In this document: positions 51,601-58,829 of the stretch, piece by piece | Numbering within the stretch: position 1 is the stretch's first letter | Layout of the letters: every line of letters begins with the position of its first letter | Made by a program: the position numbers and the translations under genes | NCBI GenBank assembly: GCA_964527555.1 | Contig: CAZGOG010000001.1 | Coordinates: 52,602-116,601, forward strand | Length of the DNA stretch: 64,000 nucleotides | Direction: 5' to 3' | Source: an uncultured Planctomycetia bacterium | GTDB taxonomy: Bacteria; Omnitrophota; Gorgyraeia; Tantalellales; Tantalellaceae | Notes under the pieces: model-generated | The model's database searches: none | Told to the model about the DNA's origin: nothing | Seen by the model: only the letters and a program-made list of their open reading frames with translations

Positions 51601-53642
51601 ATTTTTTCATCCTGCTCAATCGATACCGTAAAAGAAGCGAGCCTCCCTTGCCGGACCATCTGGTCAAGTATGAGCTGGACGCTGGCTGCCTCGGGCGAGC
51701 CCAGCCTTTCCGTTATCTCTTTCGCGGGGATCCCTTCCACCATATATTCCTCTTCGCGGAGCGCATCGATTGCGCAAATGACCGCCTCCTCAACAAGGAT
51801 TGTCTTCTCTTTTGCAAGTTCTCTTGCCCTGGCCGTCGCTTCCAGAATTTCCGTATCACTTGCGGCGCCCAGGAAGCGGTATACATCCGCTCCTATAAAC
51901 TTATTTCTATCTTCTGTCACAAGCTCAAAAAGCCCCGCTCTGTCGAGCGCGACACATTCCACTTCTCCAAGAGGATCAACCCATACGCATAAATAAACTT
52001 TAGATTGTGAATCCTCTTCATAAATTGAAATAATATCGCCTTTTTCTATATCAAGAAGGCCGTCTTTACGGCCGCTTTCATTTACCACTCTTAGCATGAG
52101 TTTCTCGAACACCAGGCTCTGGAGGCGCTTCTCCTCTTCTTGCAGGTATTCCCTTAATGCCCCGAACTCCTCCCACTCTTCTTGTGATAACATATATTCG
52201 AGGCGAGAAAGCACTGATAACGCACCGGCCAAAACTGCCGGAACGTCTCTGGTGCTAAGCTCTTCCAATCCGGCTTCTTCGATTTTTGCGTTCATCGTCT
52301 TAAGCGCAAGCGGGGTAGCTTTTAAAAGTATTTCCCTGTAATCGGGTCTAAGAGCTGCTTTCCGCAGCATTGTCTTCAAAAAGTCATACTTGACATCGGG
52401 TGAGGCCTCCCGGACAGCATTAATTACTACTTTCTTGAGGGCTTCTGACGGTTCATCGGGGAAGGCCTCTTCTATAAAACCAAGAAGCTTAGCCGGCTCT
52501 AGCTGGTCTTTTCCCTCTCCCGTGGCGGAGAAGATGTGCCGGTCTTTCGCGATTTTGTGTCTTCGCTCATTATAGTAGTCAGTTTTAAGTGTCTCGAGGC
52601 TTTCCCTGAAGTCCTTAAACTTTTTATCATGCAAAAGATCCGGAACTTCCACGTATTCCCCGTCCCTCAAGAAAAACTCGTGGTTGAGCCTGCAGGCAAA
52701 CCTTATAGCTTCTTGCCAGCGCGTCATATCGTCTTTCAGGTTCGGGAACTCCTCGTCAAGTTTCTCGCCGTCCGACTTTTCCGGCCCGAAGATCCACTTT
52801 ATGCGCTGCGCAAGTTTGACATTATCGTACCTTGTCGTATTAGCCAATAGATACGACGTTAAAAACCAGAGCCAGATCTTATCGTTATCGTATTTGTAGT
52901 TGCCGCCGATCTTACTTGCCTCGATCTCCTCTTCTTCTGTCGGGAAGAGGCTTGAGTAGTGCCCTCCGCCTTTAGGCGCCAGGTGCGGCTCCTCTTCATG
53001 TTTCGAAGAAGATTTTCTCCCTGTCTTAGAAATCTCCAGGTCCATCATCTCATGTTTAGCGACGCGGTGGAATATACCCCAGGCCAGACTTATCGTTCTT
53101 TCGCTGCCGTCGGGGAAACGCCGCGTGTACCAGACATCGTTTTCTCTTATATGGTTCCACCACTCGAGGAATTTCGGGTGGACTACCAAGACATGTTTTC
53201 CGTCCTTATGAGGCTCGATACGCGATATGGGGAACTCCCCCTCCTCTTCATTCACGGGAAAATACCCTACCTGTATATCAAGCTCGCCGGGCGGGATACG
53301 CGCCTCTACATTTCTGAAATACTTAAGCGCCTCTATAAGGTCTGTTTTTAGGAAAATGGCGTTCTTCTCCCAGGATTCAGGCCGCCTTTTATAATCGGCT
53401 CTTACAAAATCGACTCCGGGTATATCCTGAGGCTCTTGTTTATGAAGACGCCTCGGATGCTCATATTCGGGCAGTATGAGAGCTCCGTCCCCGCGGTTTA
53501 TGCCGAACTTTTTTTGCCCCAAAGCATACATTTCTTTACGCACAACCGGTATATTCGAGCCCGGCTGCGGGCTGAGTGCAAAAGAGACGTTACTTACAAA
53601 AAACGCAGTTATTACAAATAAACTTGTTATTTTTTTCCGCAT
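48654..53642 (-). CDS. Giant secreted protein of unknown function (1662 aa, ORFan-like)
   Basis: Uninterrupted 4989-nt frame with N-terminal Sec signal peptide MRKKITSLFVITAFFVSNVSFALS. It has RBS GGAG 9 nt upstream and a near-consensus promoter. It is highly charged, mostly helical, with no motif I can assign. Confidence 0.8.
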   Translation of the reverse strand: MRKKITSLFVITAFFVSNVSFALSPQPGSNIPVVRKEMYALGQKKFGINRGDGALILPEYEHPRRLHKQEPQDIPGVDFVRADYKRRPESWEKNAIFLKTDLIEALKYFRNVEARIPPGELDIQVGYFPVNEEEGEFPISRIEPHKDGKHVLVVHPKFLEWWNHIRENDVWYTRRFPDGSERTISLAWGIFHRVAKHEMMDLEISKTGRKSSSKHEEEPHLAPKGGGHYSSLFPTEEEEIEASKIGGNYKYDNDKIWLWFLTSYLLANTTRYDNVKLAQRIKWIFGPEKSDGEKLDEEFPNLKDDMTRWQEAIRFACRLNHEFFLRDGEYVEVPDLLHDKKFKDFRESLETLKTDYYNERRHKIAKDRHIFSATGEGKDQLEPAKLLGFIEEAFPDEPSEALKKVVINAVREASPDVKYDFLKTMLRKAALRPDYREILLKATPLALKTMNAKIEEAGLEELSTRDVPAVLAGALSVLSRLEYMLSQEEWEEFGALREYLQEEEKRLQSLVFEKLMLRVVNESGRKDGLLDIEKGDIISIYEEDSQSKVYLCVWVDPLGEVECVALDRAGLFELVTEDRNKFIGADVYRFLGAASDTEILEATARARELAKEKTILVEEAVICAIDALREEEYMVEGIPAKEITERLGSPEAASVQLILDQMVRQGRLASFTVSIEQDEKMRREWNEIIRREQAGEITTKESEELSEDLYRRNGAARFVLSPDEIQKRQFQEERAEEIVASPGKVRKLAAAMYLLFNDRLNSTLYPALQTCLWAFKDREKIEKVADEISKKTHKTRQDDLNSEIGRVYWDKNADELDADLARQFIAYVGGQMRGMLPLLEELTELTDVEEVREKYDIHNKLKTSYAHLYFVCDFYGALGDAVQKQMDEEILRKTNGQLIQAAETALTYLRTYSLKYSITAEPGEAAVIIEIENPQVEKGVLKLGIILTDGEPAPYMVAYEYGEGDKHIKSGKFHTTFHGEFPDLTKGVLELCINTWFKGMIEPDASLHAGGKKRFGAKGPGIRSAQEIEIPLNEPEEKSTWQKFLRWLPFSSKGSLKDTTGAIETVELPEGALEDALILFGVKHLVFFERSGFTDGQHEESSESFGLATTLQTRERVRDVLVDMGCLRQKKGKDRWFLTPKGERVVYEIASARIFIVNALKSGEDASMEEAQKQINAIENPIVLESLLEYFIMYVAGDLTGEPDNETLSRNAVIIKAINERIEDLTKKPPSFTGTYQVAAEREYIPEDIKVPLDLARALLELERLEESLNEIEIEIIETGLEGFAGKIDQMRQKERTLQKEIHAALNTPEEFRPVISCQSLRRGDILVRSVDEEGADIKFFICAGFDPWSMKGVFLQNRGNFKAAGEVKPSVAKSMYLLRIENPSAASETVKLTKRAGGLLEEKRDLLRQAEAIAEFNKEQEFTRTFIARIASRAGPGTPSDVGFKEEDQRATFEAVNLLHETSIEILVPQTELEKFELTHDMKKAIKLMQRRGLSIEVTTYNARSLSNHLSERPDGVKRIIISNSWTSRAISGLLNDKSSVELFRDVRLLNLEFPANMKSSGEKTLWQARFLMVTILARLLEDGAGDAIVVKALLLEMLGESFHLDKDAAGKFIDALSVSEENSSGEDIKKRVQYFLDNVVRWTEMLAREYRLMQEFWTYA

Positions 53643-53708
53643 TTATACTCCGATTCAAGTTTTTACAATATTCTGGCGATTATTATGGATGAATAATTAA
53701 TGAAGTCT

Positions 53709-53737
53709 TATTATAGTACATGGGTATTGTTAGGTCA
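53709..53737 (-). promoter_or_regulatory. Near-consensus sigma-70 promoter of the giant gene
   Basis: Minus strand TTGACC (53737-53732), 17-nt spacer, TATAAT (53714-53709), about 60 nt upstream of the ATG at 53642. It lies in an AT-rich 290-bp divergent region. Confidence 0.45.
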
Positions 53738-53896
53738 ATATAAATTTAGATTACTTTTGCATTCTTAACTGTGATTGTAAGATATTGCTTCATAAGAGCT
53801 TACGATGGCTGTTATTTTTATACCATAAGAAAGCAAGAATTGACTAGATACTACAAAATTTCACCTGTGTATTTTTGATGAAATATAAAATTTTTA

Positions 53897-53925
53897 TTGA
53901 TTTTTTAATAAAATAGTCTTATAAT
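53897..53925 (+). promoter_or_regulatory. Near-consensus sigma-70 promoter of the ECF sigma gene (possibly leaderless)
   Basis: TTGATT (53897-53902), 17-nt spacer, TATAAT (53920-53925). The ATG at 53935 is only 9 nt after the -10 and has no SD sequence. Confidence 0.45.
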
Positions 53926-53934
53926 ACCCCTGTT

Positions 53935-54549
53935 ATGACTACCGGTGAATTATTAAAAAAATGTATCGATAAAGATAAAAGCGCCTGGGACGAGTTCATA
54001 AGACGCTACCGCCCTCTCGTTCTAAGAAGCGCAAGATACAAGCTAAACATATTAAACCGGCCTTTTTTAAAAACCCGCATACTGGAGGATATCGTCCAGG
54101 AAGTGTTTTTCACCATATGGCAAAAAGACAAGCTCAAAGGCCTCAGGGATGCTTCCTGCGTTAAAAGCTGGCTCGTCATAGTCACGATCAACACCGCCAG
54201 TAATTACTGCAGGAAAAATATATTCAACCCTGAAAGAAATACTTTTTCCATGCATGAAGAGCCCTCCTCCGATATGGCTGGGCTCTCTCCGGAGGCATCT
54301 ATCTCCTCCGTAAAGCTTGATACGGGTAAGATGCTGGAAGCGAATGAACTAAAAAGCCTATTGGATAAGGAAATATCCAAGTTAAGCGACAAAGAGCAGC
54401 TTGCGCTTAAATTCAACATATACGAGGGCAAGAAACAAAAAGATATTGCCAGGATAATGAATGTACCCGAAGGTACTGTCGCGACCCTCATAAGCCGCGC
54501 AAAGCTCCAGCTAAAGGAAAAGTTAAAAAGCTTTATCGAGAGCAGATAA
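53935..54549 (+). CDS. ECF-subfamily RNA polymerase sigma-70 factor
   Basis: 204 aa with region 2 (WDEFIRRYRPLVLRSA) and region 4 helix-turn-helix (KDIARIMNVPEGTVATLISRAK). Confidence 0.8.
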   Translation: MTTGELLKKCIDKDKSAWDEFIRRYRPLVLRSARYKLNILNRPFLKTRILEDIVQEVFFTIWQKDKLKGLRDASCVKSWLVIVTINTASNYCRKNIFNPERNTFSMHEEPSSDMAGLSPEASISSVKLDTGKMLEANELKSLLDKEISKLSDKEQLALKFNIYEGKKQKDIARIMNVPEGTVATLISRAKLQLKEKLKSFIESR

Positions 54550-54613
54550 AATGAAGATTTTTGAAAGAAAACGCTTAAAAATATTGTCTCTATAGAAAGA
54601 AAGGAGGAGACTT

Positions 54614-55030
54614 ATGATGAATAGAATCTGTCCGTCTGAAGAGGTGCTGAGCGCGTATCTCGCTGATGCGCTCTCTGCGGAAGAAAAAGAAAGAGTCGAA
54701 CGCCACCTGGCGCGCTGCAGGATCTGCCGCCGGACTCTTTCAGAAGCTTATGATATCCTGAGTAAACCCGATTTCCGCGAAAAAATAAGGGATATTCTGA
54801 AATCCCTGGCAAAGAACCTGTGGCTTGCCTGCTCGGTTTTGTTTTTTGCGCTTTCTTTCGTCTTTTCTAAATATTTCCTGCAGCTGCTCGTCGCCTCTCT
54901 CCTTATGGGAGGAAAATGGATCATCGATTCTAAAAGTGCAAGAATGCTTATAATGATCCATGAAGCATGGAAGCACACCGACAAGGACAAAACCGACAAG
55001 ATACACTCCCGTACCGATTCCGAAGAATAA
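54614..55030 (+). CDS. Zinc-finger (zf-HC2) anti-sigma factor, single-pass membrane
   Basis: 138 aa with H-x3-C-x2-C (HLARCRICRR) and one transmembrane helix. It lies immediately downstream of the ECF sigma gene. Confidence 0.7.
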   Translation: MMNRICPSEEVLSAYLADALSAEEKERVERHLARCRICRRTLSEAYDILSKPDFREKIRDILKSLAKNLWLACSVLFFALSFVFSKYFLQLLVASLLMGGKWIIDSKSARMLIMIHEAWKHTDKDKTDKIHSRTDSEE

Positions 55031-55168
55031 GCCCCCTCTTTCATTATAGACATTTGACTCTCTTGAAAATTTTTTAAATTTTTTTGAAAGAATTTCCCGT
55101 CAAATGTTGTCTATAACTTATAAAGGGTAAAACATGCGAAAGAACGACAAAACCAAAGGAGGTGAAAG

Positions 55169-55441
55169 ATGAATGCAAAACCTGTAATCAAAGTCGAACG
55201 GATCCATATTCTGGAAGGGGAAGGACCGACAAAGGCGTTCTGCGACCTTTTGGTCCTGGACTCCTTCCTGGTAAAGGGCCTCAGGGTCGTCCAGGGAAAG
55301 GAAGGCCTCTTCGTGAGCATGCCGAGGGAACAGGCGCGTGACGGCAAGTGGTACGATACCTTCCACCCTGTCTCCAAGGAGGTGCGTAAAGGCCTGGAGG
55401 AACTGGTTCTTGAGAGCTTCTCCACCGAAGAGAAACCTTAA
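55169..55441 (+). CDS. spoVG: Septation protein SpoVG
   Basis: 90 aa; IKVERIHILEGEGPTKAFCDLLVLDSFLVKGLRVVQGKEGLFVSMP matches the conserved SpoVG core. RBS AAGGAGG 7 nt upstream. Confidence 0.85.
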   Translation: MNAKPVIKVERIHILEGEGPTKAFCDLLVLDSFLVKGLRVVQGKEGLFVSMPREQARDGKWYDTFHPVSKEVRKGLEELVLESFSTEEKP

Positions 55442-55445
55442 CGCG

Positions 55446-55481
55446 CAAAAAAAAGTAGCCGGGGTTAATCTCCCCGGCTAC
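55446..55481 (-). terminator. Rho-independent terminator (bidirectional hairpin between convergent genes)
   Basis: GTAGCCGGGG-TTAATCT-CCCCGGCTAC is a 10-bp perfect stem. On the minus strand it is followed by T8 (the A8 at 55447-55454), about 30 nt downstream of the HAMP-protein stop and abutting the spoVG stop. Confidence 0.6.
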
Positions 55482-55512
55482 TTCCACCATTCCATTCTAC
55501 CAAGCGCAATCG

Positions 55513-56046
55513 TTAAAGGCTGCTTAGATCCGACCTTATAGCCTCGATAACTTCGGCGCGGACGTTTTCTTTATCAAGCTTATTGATGATCTCATGGGTT
55601 ATTTTTTGCTTGTTCCGGTCCCTGTCTCTCATGTTGTGGCAGAGCTCCGTCATTTTGAGAGCCAGTATCTTAAACTCATCGCGTTTTCTTAAGACAAGGT
55701 CGCTGGAATAATCCCCTTCCATGAGCGAATCGACATATCTGCCGATCCTGTAAACGGGGCCTGCTATCCTGTGTGAAAGCACAAGCCCTATCAAAATAAA
55801 AAGAGGAGTAATGAGAAGGATCCTGAATAAAAGCGTCATGTTTGCAGAACGGAAGATATAAACCAGCCTGCTTGTGGGGTACACGTTGGCCAGCTTCTCT
55901 CCCAGCGTAGTCCATGTGGTGTAATAGACGGTATAACCCGCAATAGCAGCACCTATATACAGAAAGAGTAAGATGTAAGCGATATATTTCAGCTGGAACT
56001 GGGCTGCGATCAGGTATTTTTTCCTTTTTATCTTCTGAGCGTTCAT
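55513..56046 (-). CDS. Small membrane protein with two transmembrane helices and a HAMP domain only
   Basis: 177 aa; after transmembrane helix 2 comes a HAMP-like segment RIAGPVYRIGRYVDSLMEGDYSSDLVLRKRDEFKILALKMTEL. There is no output domain. Confidence 0.65.
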   Translation of the reverse strand: MNAQKIKRKKYLIAAQFQLKYIAYILLFLYIGAAIAGYTVYYTTWTTLGEKLANVYPTSRLVYIFRSANMTLLFRILLITPLFILIGLVLSHRIAGPVYRIGRYVDSLMEGDYSSDLVLRKRDEFKILALKMTELCHNMRDRDRNKQKITHEIINKLDKENVRAEVIEAIRSDLSSL

Positions 56047-56061
56047 TTATCCTCCATCTTT

Positions 56062-57051
56062 TTATGATTTGCTGTAGTCTATGAATTTTTTCCATATGAC
56101 TACTTCCCGGCTTGTTTTAAGCGCGAGGTCCTTACCCCTTCTGGAATATATTATATTTTCAACATCTTTTAACGGCATGTACCTGGTGGACTTACCTTGC
56201 ACCTCTAAAATTATATCGCCTTCTTTTATCCCCGCTTTTTCCGCGGCACTTTGTGTAGATACCTTTTTGACCTCTAGCCCCTCCATCTCCGAAAAGTCCA
56301 GTTTTATCCCGACCAGAGACGTGTAGCTCTCGGGCCTGTCTTCCAGTCTGAGCATATACGAGCGCTCTATCACCAGTTTTGAATCCATGACAGTCGGGTC
56401 AAGAAGCCTGTTCATCACCTCTATCGGCTCCATATATTTGACGGGCCGGCCCCATATGACGGAGAGAACGTCGCCTTTCTTGATCCCCGCTTTTTCCGCG
56501 GGAGAATTTTTGGAGACGCTGGTGATGACGTATGACCGTCCAACGTTTTTCAAGGTGATCCCGAGACCGTCCCTAAGGTGCCTGTCCTTCTCCTGCATGT
56601 CGTAAACAAGCGCCCCTTCCCTGCCCTTTAATTGCTCGTTAAGACTTTGTATGTAGCGGAGTTTGTCGGCCCTTCCCCCGTTAACAAGGTAAGTCTGCAC
56701 ATAATTAAGTCCGTCTTTTGCTCTTTTATAATAGGGGTTTATCTCTAAAGCTCTTTGATAATAATAATACGCCTTCTTGTACAGCTTCCTGTCCTGGTAA
56801 CGGTCCCCTATATTGGTAAGGTTCTGCTCTTCCAAGTCGAACATGATATTGGCTATGTCTTTACGCATTATCTGTTTTTCGCCGTCTACGGTGGAAAGCA
56901 CTATTCTGTCCTTGTATTCCTCTACCACCACCCCCTTGATATACTCTTTGTTTTTCATGACGACGGTATCGGTGTAGGAAGCGGCAGTCAGCCCAAAATA
57001 TACGACGGCTGCCGTGACACCAGGGATCAGTAGTTTTCTTAAAACGCCCAT
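56062..57051 (-). CDS. Exported tandem-PDZ protein with TPR-like segment
   Basis: 329 aa with a signal/anchor, a TPR-like region (YYYYQRALEINPYYKRA) and two PDZ domains (GITLKNV...AEKAGIKKGDVL; LVGIKLDF...AEKAGIKEGDIIL). Confidence 0.75.
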   Translation of the reverse strand: MGVLRKLLIPGVTAAVVYFGLTAASYTDTVVMKNKEYIKGVVVEEYKDRIVLSTVDGEKQIMRKDIANIMFDLEEQNLTNIGDRYQDRKLYKKAYYYYQRALEINPYYKRAKDGLNYVQTYLVNGGRADKLRYIQSLNEQLKGREGALVYDMQEKDRHLRDGLGITLKNVGRSYVITSVSKNSPAEKAGIKKGDVLSVIWGRPVKYMEPIEVMNRLLDPTVMDSKLVIERSYMLRLEDRPESYTSLVGIKLDFSEMEGLEVKKVSTQSAAEKAGIKEGDIILEVQGKSTRYMPLKDVENIIYSRRGKDLALKTSREVVIWKKFIDYSKS

Positions 57052-57268
57052 TTTATGTCCTTTGTATACAAAACACCCTTATCTCTTGCGGCGATTCAAC
57101 TTCCCGCTAGAGACATATTATATCTATATTCACTATGCTATTAATTAGTTTACCTTTACTACTGTGGCAATGCAAATTGTTCAGTTAAAAAATAGGGGTA
57201 GGTAAAAACGCGGGGAGAAAGCTCACTTTTTAATAGGCAAGTTGTTCAGTCCCGGAGTGATTACATGC

Positions 57269-58810
57269 TTAAGGGCTTTTCTTTTTCCCCTTTATCATGA
57301 ATAATTTTTCTGTAATAAAGAGAAATATCATCATAAAGGCGCAAAAATACACGAAAACGTCGCCGTATACGGTATAAAAGGATTTCCCGGCATATATATC
57401 AACCCTGTCTGTGGCAAATCCCTCGACAAAGTTTTTCTTTCCGCCCGCTTCCACGCACGAACTGACTTTACCGGTGGAGTTCACAAAACAGGAAATGCCT
57501 GTATTGGCGGCCCTGATCACGGGTGTCCTGTTTTCAACGGCCCTGAAGACTGAAGCCTGCAGATGCTGGAGGCTGGCGGCCGTGTCTCCGAACCATGCGT
57601 CGTTAGTGATGTTTATCATGAAACTCGCTCCGTCGAGCACGAATTCTCTCATAATATACGGGAATATGTCCTCAAAGCATATTAAAACGCCGAAATTGTA
57701 AAAATGCGTCTCTCTTAATCTCGTGCCGGAAGGCGAGGGCGTGGTTGTCACGGATTTTAAAGAGAAAAGTGTATACGCATCACCTCTTGCGAAGTCCCCT
57801 ATGGTTTTATCTATGTATCTTCTTAAAAAAGATAGATACTTTGAAAACGGCACGTATTCGCCGAAGGGAACCAGGTGCCTCTTGTAATAAACATTGCTGA
57901 GATTGCCTTTTTCATCAAAAAGCATGGCGGCATTATAATTATTATCACCTTCCCTGTAAGCAAACCCGGCAAGTATCGGTATCCCCTCTCTTGAAGCAAG
58001 GCTGCTCACTTCCTCGGCGCTTCTTTCTTTGCCTTCGACCAGATACGGATAAGACGTCTCGGGCCAGACAATAAGCGCGGGGGCGGTTTTAGCCGCTTCT
58101 TCCGTAAGGCGCGTGTATTTTTTTATGATATCTTCGGCGAACTTGGTGTCCCACTTCTCATTTTGGGGGATATTGCCCTGAACAACGCTTAAACGGGGGC
58201 TTCCCCAGATGCGGTAGTTATCGAACCGGTAGATGCTGTAACTGGTCGCCGCAATTATCAAAAAGAGGGCTATCATCATATATGCTGTTTTTTTCCTGGA
58301 ACGTATAAACGCGGAAAAGACCGCCACATTAAAGGTAGCTATCAGAAAAGAGACGCCGTACGCGCCTGTTATATCCGCGATCTGAATAAGATTGATGACC
58401 CGGTACTGCGAGTACCCGAGAAGCCCCCAGGGAAAACCCGAAAAAATGTTGCTTCGGACATACTCAAACGCCACCCAGGCAAAAGGAAGTATAAAGAGGT
58501 CCAAACCGTATTTCATAACCAGACCCGCAACGATACCGAAAAGACCGTAAAGAGCGGAAAGCACTATAACAAGTATTATAAGTCCCGGCACGCTTACATT
58601 CGCCAGCCAGTATAAAAGCAAAGAGAAAAATATAACTCCCGTTAAGCATGAGTACAAAAAGGCCCTTTTAAGGGTGCATCCCTTTATAGCCAGAAGAAGC
58701 GGTACGAGACACACCCAGGCAAGAGGCGCAAACTCAAACGGCGGAAAGGCCAGAAAAGTCAAAACTCCCGATAAAGAGGCTAGAAATATATTTCGTAGAA
58801 CCGTTTTCAT
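57269..58810 (-). CDS. lnt: Apolipoprotein N-acyltransferase
   Basis: 513 aa with an N-terminal polytopic domain and a C-terminal CN-hydrolase domain (E...K...C triad; LICFEDIFP). Confidence 0.85.
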   Translation of the reverse strand: MKTVLRNIFLASLSGVLTFLAFPPFEFAPLAWVCLVPLLLAIKGCTLKRAFLYSCLTGVIFFSLLLYWLANVSVPGLIILVIVLSALYGLFGIVAGLVMKYGLDLFILPFAWVAFEYVRSNIFSGFPWGLLGYSQYRVINLIQIADITGAYGVSFLIATFNVAVFSAFIRSRKKTAYMMIALFLIIAATSYSIYRFDNYRIWGSPRLSVVQGNIPQNEKWDTKFAEDIIKKYTRLTEEAAKTAPALIVWPETSYPYLVEGKERSAEEVSSLASREGIPILAGFAYREGDNNYNAAMLFDEKGNLSNVYYKRHLVPFGEYVPFSKYLSFLRRYIDKTIGDFARGDAYTLFSLKSVTTTPSPSGTRLRETHFYNFGVLICFEDIFPYIMREFVLDGASFMINITNDAWFGDTAASLQHLQASVFRAVENRTPVIRAANTGISCFVNSTGKVSSCVEAGGKKNFVEGFATDRVDIYAGKSFYTVYGDVFVYFCAFMMIFLFITEKLFMIKGKKKSP

Positions 58811-58829
58811 CCTTTCTTCTCCCTATGCT

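Noticed and set aside
52960-53060. Possible zincin HExxH motif in the N-terminal region of the giant protein (VAKHEMMD).
   Set aside because: The sequence is HEMMD and lacks the second histidine, so it does not match HExxH. It is not used to assign function.
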